A DNA stretch of 64,000 bases, from the NCBI GenBank assembly GCA_964035545.1, contig OZ037765.1, positions 7,264,698 through 7,328,697 on the forward strand, given 5' to 3'. The translations under genes were made by a program, and so were the position numbers. The notes under the pieces are model-generated. The model saw only the letters and a list, made by a program, of their open reading frames with translations. It ran no database searches and was not told the origin of the DNA. Below, one piece after another: positions 44,501-59,600 of the stretch (position 1 is the first letter of the stretch; every line of letters begins with the position of its first letter). Origin of the DNA: Bugula neritina (taxonomy: Eukaryota > Animalia > Bryozoa).

Positions 44501-45845
44501 CAACAAAACCATATACCATCACTACCTTGTAAAATATCAAAATCATTTGTTATTAGCTGGACAGTTAAACAATGCCTAGCATACTGCTATCAAAACACAC
44601 CATACTCCACACCATTTATCCATCAATGTTATAAAATCAGCTGTTAGTTACAGGAGAAGTTTGAGTATCAAACAAGTATTTGTTGAGTAAGATTGAAGTG
44701 TACAAGTTGATGGCAGATCTATGATTATGGGACATGAGTTTAATTGGTAGCAGGTGCTTGGGTAATAAAAACTCCACTCATAGAAGACAGGTTAGCAAGT
44801 AGAGCCAGGGTGGGTGACTGAGAAGAGATGGCTGAGAATATCCTGATTAGTATTGACCAAAAAAGGTAGCTCTGCTAAGGATATTAGGCTGTGGTGAAGG
44901 TGACAGAAATCAGGGGCAAGATTCACCACAAACAAACAAGATTTGGGGAGCTGAGGAGGTAATTTATTACTGAACTAGTGGACTGTGCTTTACAGATAGT
45001 GATGTAGGCTGAGCAGAAGAGAAGTGCAAGAAAACCACTTCCAAAATAAGGTTTGCCGCACAAAACTGAGGTTAAAGGTATAAAACTGGTCAGGCAGCAT
45101 GGCCAAAACACTGGCTGGCAGCATTGCACCCAGAACTGGAATAGCATAAGGTCAGTGGGTACTCACGTGATATTTGCCAAACTCGCAGGCCAAGTCTAGA
45201 GAGGTTTTGTATGCATGACTTTCGACAGTTGGGTCTGCCTTGTACTTCAACAGCAGCAGCACCTAATGCCAACAAATAGAATATTAGAGTGAGAGAGAAG
45301 ACTGCTAAATGTAAATGTACAGTAAAATATTGTTATTACAGGGAGGGGGTGGGGGTGAAAAGTACTTCCTTCTACAGAGTGTTGCAATGAGAAGGTCAAG
45401 GGTACAACTCTACAATACATAAATACATGCAATAGTGTACTAAAGTCAGTCACTGCCAAATATTAAGCATTTATCATATGAGTTTTTCAATTCCCTGTGA
45501 TGATTGCCTCTTCAAAGCGAATGTCAAGTATATTGCCCAATAGAGATAGCATATCTATAGAATATGAGTTCACCAACAGTCAACTACAGCTACCAGGACC
45601 CAACTTCAACCATGAAACTTAGGAAAAGTACCCGATAGCATTATTTGCTCCAGGTGCAGTGAGTATCAACATAACCAACTCCCCTATGCAATCTTCCTAT
45701 TTTATGTAAATTATCTAAACTTTCAATTTACTACAGGCAGTGCAGGTGGAGATAATATTACTACTTATCAACATTGCTGCTACCACTTTTACTCCCACCA
45801 ACACTATTCTGCTACCACTCCTACCATTACTACTACCACTACCCT

Positions 45846-45884
<39 letters not shown>

Positions 45885-48800
45885 ACCTACCCGACTACTA
45901 CTACTACACCAACTACTAATACAGTGTTTATTATACTGAGGCTATACTATAGCCTAGTACCGCCATTACTTTTAACTATCAACATTGTTTTCATCATCTT
46001 AAACACTCTTTCTCTAGAACGTTGCAAGATACGTACCACTTCCACATGTCCATGCTGACATGCAAAGTGTATTGGAGTTTCTCCATTGTTTGAAGGCTCT
46101 ACAGGTGATGCCCCAGCTTGTAGTAGCAATGTAACAGGCTCCATCAGCCCCTGCCAAGCTGCATAGTGCAGGGGCCTCATACCTGCAGAGAGACATACAC
46201 ACCTGGTGAGGTGACACTCAAACACATCATCCAGTGAGTTCACCAGTAAACTTTACCAGTAATTCACTTTCAATATATCGAGTTTAAGAAATGTAAAATA
46301 TATTTTTTCATACAACAGAGAGCTTTCCATGACTATAAAGTAAACAATTTTAGTGACAGAAGAATTATAAGTGACTCACATAGACTAAAGGAGGTGAAAG
46401 TTGTCAAAAGTATATAAGGGAGACAACTTGCAATATGAGAACATAATGACTCTTTTGTAAGCCTTACAATAAACTAAGTTGAGACAACAAAAAATAAAGA
46501 ATTGAAACTAATAGCTGCGACTTTTGATCTAATCTTTTTTCTATTCAACATTGACTAGCCTGTTGAGACAACATTATGGCACAAAAGACTAATGTGCTAT
46601 GAAAACATAATTCCCAGGGAAGGAGCCAGTCTTACACTTAATTCTTACAGATCAACATCAAAGACTTGGGCTTATCTTCCTTGTCTATTTACAATAAGAT
46701 ATAACTTTTTACAAAAAAATATCCCTTTCAAAAGATATTACAAAATTGAATAAAACTGAAGGCAAGTGGTTAAAAGTTCAACAAATTGATGATAGTTTAT
46801 AAAGAAGGGCCTCGCTTTTACTAAAATATATGAAGCATGGCAATTCTGAAACTAAATGCATTATATACTTAGGCAAAGGAAACAACATCTAAATGGGAAA
46901 AGACTATTGTAACCATGGCAACAGCTTACTATTACACTATTGGAAGCGATAGCAAGTTAGTAAACAGCTGATTCAACTAGTATAACACGAAAATTTGCTC
47001 TTGATATGTTCTGACACTCAGAACCTGTATGCCACGCAAAATAGCTATTAAAATTTTGTGCCAAGATCATATATTAATGTTAACTAAATCATACATAGTT
47101 ACAAGTTAGCTGACTATTTAGTAGACGCTGCTGTACATTAACCCTACATGAGACTAGTGAAAGTCTAGCAGAGTGTGTTCAGCCCAGACTGCACTTACTT
47201 ATATTTCATTAATTTACCTTTATTATCCTTTATATCTGCCTGAGCTCCATTGTTTATCAACAGGTTTATACAGGCAGCATTACCTTGCAATGCTGCCTGG
47301 TGAATGGCTGCCATTCTACAAGAGGTGAACACCATTAATTGTTTATTATGGGAATAATTATACTTCAGAGTAATTAAACTGCAATGCAAGTAAACCATAA
47401 AATAGTATTAGTAAATCCATATGTCGGCTGGTAACCAAAACCAACTGCAGTGAGTACTTTTGTCCACCTGCAACTACTACTGACAAACAATAAGCTGATG
47501 TAAGTAGTGCTGCATAGTCTTCACTAATAGACTTATAGGTGAGTAAGTACCAGGCACCAAATACTCACTATCTCAGAGCACCTCTGGCCCAACTATCTAA
47601 ATTAGCTGATTAGAAATGTTTAACTTAACATCTTTAGGAGTAGAGAATGTTTAAAAAGCCTCAATCACAGCACAGCAGATGGAACAAAACTGCTTGCAAA
47701 GTCAGAAAAGTTACTCGAAGTAAAAATAAATCATTAAGAGACTTTTGCAAAATCACAGTCACTTTTACAATCAGAGATTATTCTACAGACCAGCTGGGCA
47801 GGGTTCTAGAACCAGTGAACTCAGAGTTACGTGACTGGAGGGAATAAGTGCGGTGATGGGACATGACCATATTTTATATTGTATTTAGCCAGTGTGCCAA
47901 GTCTAAGTAAGAGTAAACACGTTGTATGGGAGGCTACCACGTACTGGGCAGAGTGGCTGAGCATGTGGTATATTATACTGTGTGGTTATAAACTAGACTG
48001 TTAAGAGTAGAAAGCCGAAGCTCTTAAGACTGGAGTGTAAAGGTTCAAGTGTTGGGTCAAGAGTCTTTTGTATTTTTCCACAACTACAACTAATAGGCAG
48101 TATCAGGTTTCTATTCAAATGTTTTAATCATGTGCTGCTACACTGCACTGAAAACTTCTGCAGGGGGTTGTTATAAAATAAACACGAATCAACAGTAACA
48201 GTATTATTTTTTGAGCAATAGCCAATTCCCAATTTCACTCTTACAAACAGCTTTACTTGCTCTGAAAACATGGGGACACATATGAGTAGTGACAGCATAG
48301 AGGGGCGACACAATGAAATCCATAACATAATAATATATAATTCGATACACATTGCAACTAATTACAATAGAATGGTAAGCAATTTAAAATTGACAATACT
48401 GTTAAATGGCCATCAACTGCATCCACTTGTAGAGGCAGGTAATTGTTCAACAGGTGCTGACAATTGAAACTGTTCCCTTGCAGTTGACATTGGTCAAAGG
48501 AAATGGAGTGGTGGTAACAATTATTGCTCACAAAAGACTGGATTTTGGCTAGTTGCCAGTAAATCTAGGCATACAAGTATAGTCCCAGTAAATACTCACC
48601 CCTCTTCATCTTGGTAATTTATGTTCAACTTCTTTGAGGAGGCCAAGAGTTCTGCAAAAGACAGCATATAGATATACTTAGAGCAGCAGCAATCATAAAG
48701 TACATTAAACTCTAAAGGCAAGGGCTGTTATATATACTTAACCGTTGGTATAAAAATTAAAAAATTAGTTTTTCCTCTCCATCAGGCGGAAAGTTGGCAG

Positions 48801-50414
48801 GCAAGTGCTGAAACAGTGGTCAAGTGTTAAAGTGTATTAATAAAGATATATTATATTATTTTAATGCTTCAGACTTGACAATGTCTATTCAGCAACAACC
48901 AGGCTCGGTTTCACTTCTTCCAGGAAAGAATAGAGCTGAACCCATGGAAAGGCCAGCTGAATACAGCTGTTGGGTTATCAAATTCTCCACCCCCAATATT
49001 GGCACACATTCAACATGAGCTAAGGTTAGGCTTGAGAGGCATGGGCTAGTTTGAATAGCTTACTTCATATCACCAATGGTGAATAACTACACAAAACATT
49101 CAGAAAGAAAAAAACGATCCCAAAACTTAACACAATACCTTGGCAAACAATGCTAAGTTAGCTGATATAGAGCCAAGCGCTTAACCCATAAGCACTGACT
49201 ATAGTCTTGTCAATTAGGCAAATACTAACTTATAAGCAAACATTAACAAAATAACTGCCTAGCTATATCAACAATGACTAAACATTGACCAGCTCAAATT
49301 GATAACAGCAATAAGTAATAACTAATAATGGTCACACCAAACCATTTCCCAAGTTGTCACCAAATGAATCAACACTGATAGTCCATTTAGCCATTTCAAA
49401 AATCAACAACAATCTCTTCTTTATCTCATTGATCAGATGAGGACAGAGATTAATGTTAGTGCTGAGGCTATAACATAAATGTTATACTCAACTGAAGCTC
49501 AAACAAGCTAGGATGCGTGTCAAAACACACCCAGTCAATCAGGCCTGCATCTAGTACTCGTGTTACTGCAGATCTCACATTAATATTGAATTCTTGACAG
49601 TAGCCTGCCTGCCATCAATTTTAATAACTACTGAATAACACGAACAAGCATAGATTTTACAGCCTGTATCAAAAGGGAGACACAATCTAACTAAGTTAAA
49701 ACACTTGCAATATGAAACAGGGTTAGTTACTTTTGAAATACTATATTGAGGTACATGTAGGTGCAGTAATGGAGAGATAGAGAAAAGCCTATGTTCTAGA
49801 TTAGAAAAGTAGCAAGAGAAGTTAAGTTATCACAAGAATTTCTACCAAACCGAAATTAAATAAAAAAAAAATCAAAGAATTTTGGGCTAGCTCAATTTCT
49901 CTACTAGTACTGCTCCTAAGTGACTATATTGTTAGTCATTACCGAAATGTAGAAAAAGCACTATGAATGCAACAAGGTAAAAGTTATATAGAATTTTGGC
50001 AGTTTGAGAAAGTGACTTATTCTGACATCAGTTGCCTGTTTTTAAAATTGGTTGACTGACATAAACTGCACTCCAAGTCAAGAAACATAAATTTATTTAA
50101 ACAGTCAAGTAACCCTAAAACTGTCAAAACTGTATATAAATTGCAATAAAAAACTTGACATTTAGAAACCTGCACAATCTGCTAAAAATACTTTGATTAA
50201 TTACTATATTTTCACATAAATGTGTTTAAATAGGTAGTAGTTAAGATAATATTATATCAAAACATTTTCAAGGTGGCAACATTAGAATTAGACCATTTAG
50301 TAAATACCAGAAATGAAACTTACTTTTGCCATTTTTAGTTTTCTGAAGAAGTTTGCTTAAGTTATCAATATTCCGCTCTCGCACAGCTTGAAGGATATCG
50401 TTATCTTTCACCAT
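20533..50414 (-). CDS. CASKIN: Caskin (ankyrin repeats - SH3 - 2x SAM - Pro-rich tail), about 1184 aa, 20 coding exons
   Basis: Exons 50324-50414, 48600-48651, 47218-47315, 46037-46182, 45167-45262, 43832-43962, 39191-39299, 37780-37888, 32604-32698, 31528-31645, 30897-31046, 26445-26581, 25479-25709, 24929-25039, 24277-24378, 23872-24010, 22792-23053, 21503-22695, 21343-21400, 20533-20659 (3555 nt in frame). Caskin-like peptides: [78 protein letters not shown]-terminal [20 protein letters not shown]. Confidence 0.95.
29708..29831. repeat. Period-7 tandem repeat (AGAGTAT/AGACTAC) followed by inverted units
   Basis: About 11 heptamers at 29708-29788, then reverse-oriented units (CTATAGT, ATACTCT) at 29798-29831. 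Confidence 0.75.
40152..40568. mobile_element. 417-bp MITE nested in the left arm
   Basis: 22-bp TIR TCACCACTATAACTTATATAAA (40152-40173) / TTTATATAAGTTATAGTGGTGA (40547-40568); internal ATTGG (CCAAT-box) motifs. Confidence 0.75.
43154..43570. mobile_element. Identical mirror copy of the nested MITE in the right arm
   Basis: Reverse complement of 40152-40568 at the mirror position. Confidence 0.75.
44157..44325. mobile_element. Small MITE, family B, copy 1
   Basis: TIR TAGGTGCAGTAATGGAGAAATTGA...TCAATTTTTCCACTACTGCTCCTA; homologous to 49758-49918. Confidence 0.75.
45775..45920 (+). repeat. (TAC/CAC)n microsatellite
   Basis: Pure TAC run near 45849-45883 with degenerate flanks. Confidence 0.9.
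49758..49918. mobile_element. Small MITE, family B, copy 2
   Basis: TAGGTGCAGTAATGGAGAGATAGAG...CTCAATTTCTCTACTAGTACTGCTCCTA; interior alignable with 44157-44325 (TGTTCTAGATTA...TAGCAA.AGAAGTTA). Confidence 0.75.
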
Positions 50415-51929
50415 AGTTGATAAGTGCAGTACTAGTGGCACTGTTAGTAGACATTGAACTGCATATGTGCAAGTTTGACTATCACTTGGGATACAGATGG
50501 TGGGAATTCACAGTTCTACATACTTGGTAATTAGTAGTCTAAGTTTGTTTCACTACCCAACTTCTAGCTTTTCTACAACTACAATAATCAAAGGCTATAA
50601 ATAGCTACATTTCACTATGACCACCAAGCTCACTGTGATAGTGGTGAAAAACTTGCAAACGCACCCTACTTAGGCATGGGGTATTTCAGAAACTTGGGAA
50701 GAAAAGTAAAATCGTGAATCTATTTGGTACTGTTTGTGTTGAAAATACGATTTACAATTTTTAACTTTCAGCTAGATTTACAGCAGCAGCAGCTAGGTTG
50801 TTTAGCTATAATATAAACAGTTCATCAGTTGCAAAAACTGGAAATAGTCATCAAGTAGTTTGAGAATTAGGAATTTCTGTATTCAAAACTGCTAGTCAAA
50901 ATTACCTAGTAAAAAATTAATTTACTACGTATGGCTTTAGAAGCTTTTCCATGTTTATTGGAGCATGTGTATTGATTCACACTACATTACACAATTAATT
51001 AACTTAAGGTTTCAAAGGTGCCACTATGAAAATGACCTTAATAAAGACTGTCAGCTTATCAAGCGTTACAGCCTAGTGAATACAGTGAATATACCAAATA
51101 GCAACACACTGGCAACCTACCATACTACAATAAATTACAATAAAATTAACTGAATTAAGCTAATATCTAGACCGAATTTCAAAGCCAAATATGTTAATAT
51201 AATCAAAAAATACATTAATTAAATTTACATCATTAACATAGTGAAAAATACCAAATACAACATTTAAAAAAATGAAAGTTTTAAACATGAATATATGAAA
51301 TTTGATTGAATAAATATTAGCATTCCATTTTCATGAGAAAATATGCTACTATGTATTTTAAATAATTATTTTATGAGTCTGTTTTAGACACACAGTACAG
51401 CATAGTCAATTTTGTAAATAATCGATTATGAACATTTTGAAATTTTACAAAAATTAAAAATATTTCTGTGAAAATCACTAGTTACTGTTGAGAAGAAATC
51501 GAAAATGCATTTAAACATTAAATAAAAACGAAGTAAACATTCACCTGCCCTGAGAACTTGAACAAGCCTATAAGTTCGTTTATATTATGTACAACTATTA
51601 GTATGAAATTTAACTTGCCTAATTATTATTAAAATACCAATAGTGAACTCAAAACAGATAGGCAAGTTGAAGAGTGCATACATATACCTATGCTAAATTT
51701 AAGCAACTCACTTTTCATTTACTGTAAAAATTTAATATGAATTAAAATATTGTCAACAAATATACATGCTATTATTATATTTATAGTCAATATTGAAAAA
51801 TCTAAAATCAAAATAAATAATAAGACACTATTTGTAGACGTTGAGTGATCTTATAATTAGGAATGATAGATTTTAACACTTGTGGCCATCTTTGAAATTG
51901 ATATCTAATCAGCTAATGATTATATTGAC

Positions 51930-52500
51930 TAATCACTTTAGACTAATGAGTTTCCAATATACATACATTAATAGTACAATCACTAACAGACATAATAATT
52001 ACAGCAAGACTCTATACTCTATAGAATATACTTATAGTTGCAGTAAAAGTACAATGTCTGCTACGAATAACACTTTACTAGTACTAGCTAGCACTGTCTA
52101 CTACTGGTTTTAGTCTTATAGTTAGAATTAGTATAAATATTATTATTACACTTACAGTGATAGTCTAGGACTATAACCGTATAACTGTATAACTATAACA
52201 TTAACTATAACTATAAGTATAAGTATAAACCTAGAGTTAATGTTTAAGTGTAAGATTTTAGTTATAATCACAATAGACTGTAATACTTATCAAGTAGTAG
52301 CTACTGTTGATGCTAGGTACATACATTATGATTATACATAACCATCATGATCATCAACTCATCATCATCATGATGATGATGATGATCATGATCATGATGG
52401 TTATGATCACTCACTCTCAGTCTCACTCTCATTCTGATCCACTTGCAGCAAAGTGACTTTGTGTTTAACTCACAATTACACTTACAAAGTTACAGTTGGT
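51930..52500. repeat. Degenerate hexamer/trimer tract in the putative Caskin 5' intron
   Basis: ATAACTATAACTATAAGTATAAGT near 52200, (ATC)n/(GAT)n at 52340-52400, ACTCTCAGTCTCACTCTCATTCTG near 52413. Confidence 0.7.
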
Positions 52501-52599
52501 AAGATTTAAAAAGCCAAGAATATTAATTTTTCCTTTAGAACTTTTGAATAGTAAACTTTAGTTGCACAACTGTTTTACAATTCCAGCATTTGAGTATTC

Positions 52600-52680
52600 G
52601 CCTGCAACGTTTGAAACACGCACCTTGGCAATAGCACAACTCGCCGGAAGTCAGATCACCCAATTATGTGCAAGGTGTAC
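52600..52680 (-). promoter_or_regulatory. Putative Caskin promoter
   Basis: Canonical ETS site CCGGAAGT at 52644-52651 in a CpG-containing patch between the Caskin ATG and the ABCB8 3' end. Confidence 0.4.
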
Positions 52681-53679
52681 TAGCTCTTAAATGGGTACAC
52701 AACTTTCAATAACTACTTTGAACCAACTACCCCTGAAGTTTATGGAAGATGACAACTCTAAATCTATTTATAGTGACGTTATGTAGTTATTATATAAAGT
52801 AGTAATGGTTACAGTCAATGAAATAAAAAGTAGTTTGATTTTAACACAGCACTAATTTTATTTATCTAAGTTAGGAGAAATTAAAATTTGAACTTTTATT
52901 ACCATAATCTTTATTATACAACTATGGTAAACATTACAATTGGCAATAATGTTCTTCACATTTATGATGCCTCTATAATTATTATTTTCATTGTATGATA
53001 TATTACGAACTTATATAAAGCCTGTATGGATGGTAAACTGTGAAATCACTATCAAAATTAAATAATTATTGCCATTGTACAAAATACAAAGCAGAAATAA
53101 TAAAGAATGGATTCTTTATCATTCTCACCTCCAATTTACAGTGTATTTCTAATCTTCTAGAATCTAGACTGTGATAGTAAAATATAAATGCTAGCAAAAA
53201 CCTTAGCAAACTATGATTAGTCCTAGAAAAGTAAAATTTATAAAACATCTAGTAGACACATTAACATCAGGCAAAAATTAAAAAAACCATGAAAAACAGC
53301 TTAATGAATATAATAAATGAACAATGCAAAAGATGTGTCTAGATTTGAGCACACACAGTCAAAATTGAGCTAGCATATTGCAGACAAATTCAGGTTTACA
53401 AATGAAAAGTTATTAAATAAACAATAAAAACATGCTGTAATCTATTTAAACTCTGAAGACATGCAGGTACTTGTTACAGCTCTTCAAACTCTACCTGTCA
53501 ACATATCTGCAATATTTGTTTTATTACCAAAGAGTAGACTCCTCTCAGAAATTAGTTGTGAAAGTTTAATAATAAAAAATATTAACAGAACTGTTTGCGT
53601 CCGCAAAGCAACTGGTAATCATCTTCCTAAACAATTTCTTCGATAATTTTGTTGGTTGTTTCAACCAAGAAGTTGGATG

Positions 53680-56600
53680 TTAAATATTTTCTGGGGTTTG
53701 CTGATGTGTAATTAGTTTCCAATAGGCTCCTTTCTTTTTTGACAATGCATCATGACTTCCCACCTGTAGAAAATAAGAAGATCCACTTGATATTGAAAAT
53801 TACTTTAAATCTGCTGTAACATTCTTATATAATAACATAAATATAACATGTAGATAGTTGATTTATAATAAATATGTATTTCCAGCCCCAGAAGTATAGC
53901 AGAAAACTGTAAATAAAATAAGAAAAAGTTATTACATAAAAGAAAATGCTGAGATCAACACACACCCAGTTATTAACGACCCACAATATAAAAGCAGTAG
54001 AGGGAAAGAGGTATTTTGGAAATAAATAAAGGTGTAGATCAATAGAACAAACAATCATAAAGTTTGTGCAATACTATCTCAGTCTAATATCATCACACAT
54101 GTCCTTCTTATGACCTATTCACATATATTAAGTGTTGAAGTTGCTAGCCCGTTTACCACAATAATTTTAGTCTTTATTTACTTCTGATCACATTCAAAAA
54201 TATCAGAAATATAGCATGGACTTATTAACATTTCAGCTTAAAATAATGGGGCACTTTAAAATGTGTATCTCAAAATGTCACACTAGCTTGTCCCAGTACA
54301 GTTCAGCCTGTTGCAAGCATTGAACAATTCATTAGAGTCACACAAAAATTACATGATACAATTTTACTTCCATTTAAGAAAATAATGCTGAAATGTACTA
54401 TTTTGGGCACAAATATAAAATGGTTTTAGCAGAAAAGAAAATTTCTTAAAATAATTTTGAGGATAGCCAAAGATGTTTTGTCCCAATACACCTCTCTTTC
54501 TTTCACACTGAGTATAATATTTTAATAACAAACCTCCACTACATTGCCGTGGTCCATGACAGCAATACAATCAGCATTTTTAATAGTGCTTAGCCTGTGA
54601 GCTATCACAATTACCGTACGACCTTGTATAGCTCGATCTAAGGCTTCCTGGACAACTTTCTCGGACTCAGCATCCAATGCACTAAAACCAAAGGAAAGTA
54701 TTTAATACTTTACCTTCACAATATACATAACATAGGTTTATGAGCAAAACTCAAACGACAATTACAAAATATTTATCATCAAATAAAAAAAGTAAAAATT
54801 AACTTGAGATGCAGTATAGAAGACATAGCAAACATCTAATAAGTAGAATGGCTACACAATTATAATAATGTACACTCATACCTGGTTGCTTCATCTAATA
54901 TCATGACGGATGGATTCTTCAATAAAGCTCTAGCTATGGCTATACGCTGTTTCTGGCCACCGGACACTGTTACACCTCTCTCACCCAAGACTGTGTCATA
55001 GCCATCAGGGAATGTGTTTATAAAGTCATTAGCATTAGCCAATATGGCAGCTTCTTTTACCTACAGAGAGATTTTCTCGCAAAATAAAATGGCTGCAACA
55101 TCGTTTGTAATCAATGCTTATGATCAAACATCAGCAGCAGCGACACAATCAGTACACTCGGAATATTTACCTCAGCATCGGTTGCTTCTGGCCGCCCATA
55201 TCTTATGTTCTCCATAACTGACGTAGCAAACAGCACTGGCTCCTATAATACCAATTAGAAGAGTAACAATACACACAGCTCTTTTCCTTAACACAATAAC
55301 CAGTTGCTGGGCAGATTCAACATAAGCAGACGTTAATAACTATACCTGACTAATGAATCCAATACAACGACCTCTTAGCCATTTAGGACTGCACTTGCTG
55401 ATGTCTACACCATCTATACTTATTTCTCCACCATCTAACTCATAAAATCTTTCCAATAACATGGCCACTGTACTTTTACCTGCAACAAAATACCAGCTTA
55501 CGAATACAGTAGTGAATAGTTTTAACTGAATGGTATAAAAATGTGAGTGTTTATTAAATCTTTCAGCAGTGTATGATATAATATGATATAAAATATTATA
55601 ATATATAATGTTATATATATATGTCACAAAATATTCTAATGTTGTAAAATATTATTATATAAAAATATATCAAAAGAAGAAGAGCCATAGTAGAGTTACT
55701 TTCAAGTACATAATGTATTATATTTTATTACTAGATACTATATTAACACAATAGAAGCAAACATCTACAGTATGAGTGATTTAAAAGAGGACATGTCTAT
55801 CTAATGTAATTATGTAATATATTACCTCCTCCAGAAAGCCCGACAAGAGCAGTAACTTTTCCACCAGGAATCTTAAGGTTGAGATTGGACATCACTGGCT
55901 GTAAACAGGTTAAACATCACATGTAATATATATCTTCAGTGTTACGGCACAATTACATTAATTTTTAAATATTTATCCAAATTTATCAATTGAAAAAAAA
56001 TAATATAACTATAATAACACATGATAAATCAGACTCCAAAGACAACTAATCAACTTTTGCACACGTTTAATTATGCTGACATAATACTATATATCATTCT
56101 TAATGTAACTTTGCTTGTAGTGGTTTGAAACATAAAATGGAAAAAGAGTACCGGCTCGTAACATGATTATGATTGAGGAGGCAACTTACATGATCTTTAC
56201 GAGTTGGATAAGAAAATTTAACATTTCTAAACTCTATATCACCGTGCAATGCATAATAGGGTATCGTGAGACCCTTGTCTGAGGTAGAGAGAGATGCAAC
56301 AAGCTTCATATACTGTAAAAGAAAACAAAAATAACAAAGTTTGTCAGCAATGGTTACTGTAGAGTAAAATAACAATGAACAAATGAGGAAAATTAATTAT
56401 GTAAAACATTACATATAAAAATATTATGTAATAGAAAAACAATATAGGTGCAAAGTAAAAGTAAACTCTACAAAACAATAGTCCCTAAATTGTAGCTTGG
56501 TAACAAAAAATTTGATATAAAAATTAACAATGCTTTAGACATAACGAATAACTCAACAGCATGACACACAGTACTGTTTCAAACATACTATTTGATTTTT

Positions 56601-59600
56601 AAAGAGTAGCTTTCAAAAACTAACTAAAAATAGAATCAATACTATTATCAAGGATTATACATTCTGATCAGCCTTAAAGTAAGGTAAGAACATCTTGTGA
56701 ATTTATTATAAATAATAAAAAAAATGTCATTTTGAAGAAATTAATTAAAGATATAGTAACATAAATTCTTTGAGTGCTAATAGTAATATAATTTTTATAA
56801 TATTAGCACTTGCGGTCGATACTAATATTGTTAATAGCAATGTCCAAAATCAAGTGTGCAAAGAAAAGCTGATTTTCATTATTAGCACTTAAAAATGATG
56901 AGAGAATTTCTATCATTCAAAGCATTCAAACACTAATAAAATGACTCACTAACCACCGTGACTAGAACTAGTCTACTATTAGGTATAGTTGTCTTTTTAT
57001 TGTTGGAATGACTTTAATAAGTTCAAAATTAGACTTATCATCAACCAAACAAATTAATTTCTCTCACAGGCTTTATTGCTTCAATTTTATCAACTACAAA
57101 ACTTTAAAGCCATTTTTTCAAGAGTTGCTATCTCGTCATATGACTTCTTGGAGTGAATAAATTGTGTATATACATAGTGCCAAGTGATCGGCAAAAAATA
57201 CACAATATTCTGCTTCAGTCCATCTCTAAAACTACTAGGCTGTGTATCTACACTTCTATGTCTAAATTGCACTGAAATGTACAGCAAGCAAGCATTGCTA
57301 GTGAAATATAAGTTTCTCACCTCAAATACTCGAGAGCCAGAAGACATTCCCCGGATTGCCAGTCCATATAGTAGAGATAGTTGACCTAGAGACCTAAGGC
57401 AATACAGAATGTTACTATGTCTATAGCTTACCACAAAGGTCTACTGGTGACACTATGATTATGACTATGATAATCTCTAGTATAAATACCAAATCTCAAA
57501 ACCATATATTAGACACATTTAAAGGGGACTGTTGAAAAAAATGACATTACAATATTTGAAACCTGTACACTTTTTATAGTGTTTTTAAAGTTTACCAGTT
57601 ACTACTTGTAAACAACGTAAAGCTGAAAACAACATACTTTTGTATGGTTTGTGTGGAGACAAGAAATGACATAAGATCTCCTGCAGTAAGTTGGTTGCCG
57701 GCCATTAAACTTCCACCAGCCACCAGCACTCCTAGTACCATACCTACCATACCATGATACATTAACACACAGCCATGTAACACACATAGCAAGCACAGAC
57801 ACTTTAATACAGAGCTCCTTCCATATCTCACTAAGCTGCGGGCCCCTAAACCTCAATTCGTGACATATTAGAATACCAGATTTAACTCACGAATCTGATA
57901 AATTCGGCCATTTTGTCCTTATACACACATACACAAGCTACAAAATTGGGATCCAAGCCCTTCTTGTGATTTATGGAATTTCATGAGAAATGGACCTGTG
58001 AGATGTGGAGGGAGCACTGTATATATGTTTAATACAAAATGACATTGTATTACAACATAAACAGAGCAGGACTATAAAACATAAAGTCCTTATTACTCAG
58101 AAATACAGTAACAAAAAGCAACTCGGCGCAATGCAATTTAACACAATACAACAGAATTGGTGATACCAAAATACAAGTAATTTGTAACCTTATTCTCACC
58201 ATTTAAGCAAAAATTCGTAAGCCCTTGAAACACTCCAATAGCATATCCTAACCTTTGGTTGAGAATACACGACTTTGTTATTTCTTTATTGAATAACCTG
58301 CAACACGCATGAAAAATTTTGAGTAAAAAAAACCATAAAAATAATGAACTTCTATACAAAAAGTATTACAAAAAACCAATAAAACTCTGCTAATAAGCAT
58401 CACTATAGTCTTATCACACAATAATATGATCAACTAACTCTGTTTCTTTATCTTCCATAGCAAAAGCTCTGACAGTTCTAACATTGCCCACTGCTTCATC
58501 AGCTACCCCTGTAGCTAAGGCCAACTGAAAAACACATACACTGAAATGGTTACTCTGTTGAATGATTAGATTAAAAAAAATATTTACAGTAAATCCAGTG
58601 TAAATATCTGACTAACCTGTTCCTGAGATCGGCGACTCAACGCCCTTAGCCCAGCTCCCATAACCCAGCCACAGCCGACTAGTGCGGGCACTAGTACTAA
58701 CAACACTGAGGTTAATCCAGGTGACACATAGACTAGAGCTATACTTGAGCCTGCAATCTGCATGAAAATTTTTATGTAATGTTTGTCATTGCAACAACAA
58801 TAGAATTAACAGCTTTATACAACGATAAAACTTAGACTAATAGACAATGTAATATTAAGAGAGGTTGAGAGCTTGCGTACTGCTAACACCCAATAATCAT
58901 TTGTCTCCTTGCCACACATTATATACTTGTACAAGTATAATCATTTGCACCGCTACAAAATTGTAAGTTTAAAATACCAATGACCTCTCAATGTATTCAA
59001 ACACAAATAAACAAGTGTTTCATTACAGAGCTCTATTTTTTAAATACGTAATGCTCATTAAAATATCCAACTAACTTATCAACAACTTAGACTTAATTCA
59101 ATGAGCAGAAATAAATTACAAAATAATAGTTCCCAAGTTTTTTTTAATAAAATTAATATTTTCATGTAACAATAGTCTGCCCATTATTGCTACTATTTAT
59201 TCATTGTAAAAACGTTTCAATGTATATTCAAACCATAAGATTTTCAGTTGCAAGTTATAATGATTTTTTAGTGACTTGAAAAATATTTAAACGAAATTCT
59301 TTATATTATATAGAAATATTATTTTTCACATAGTATTTTGACTTAAACATAGATCAATTTTGCACACAATGCAAATGCAATTTTAGCAGATAACTTAGAA
59401 AGCAGGCCAAAAACACCATCTTTCCAAATTGTTTGCAAACACATATCTAGCCGAAAAATCTTTATGCGAAACAAAATTTTCTACTCACACAAATTTATCT
59501 TCACGTATTCGAGAAATCAGCATAAATCAGCACACTTTCTCTCCGTTATGATTTACAGTCTAACACTCTAATACATTACATTACAACTTTTTTAAACTGT

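Noticed and set aside
45774-46058. Poly-Tyr/Thr ORF
   Set aside because: (TAC)n microsatellite on the antisense strand of a Caskin intron.
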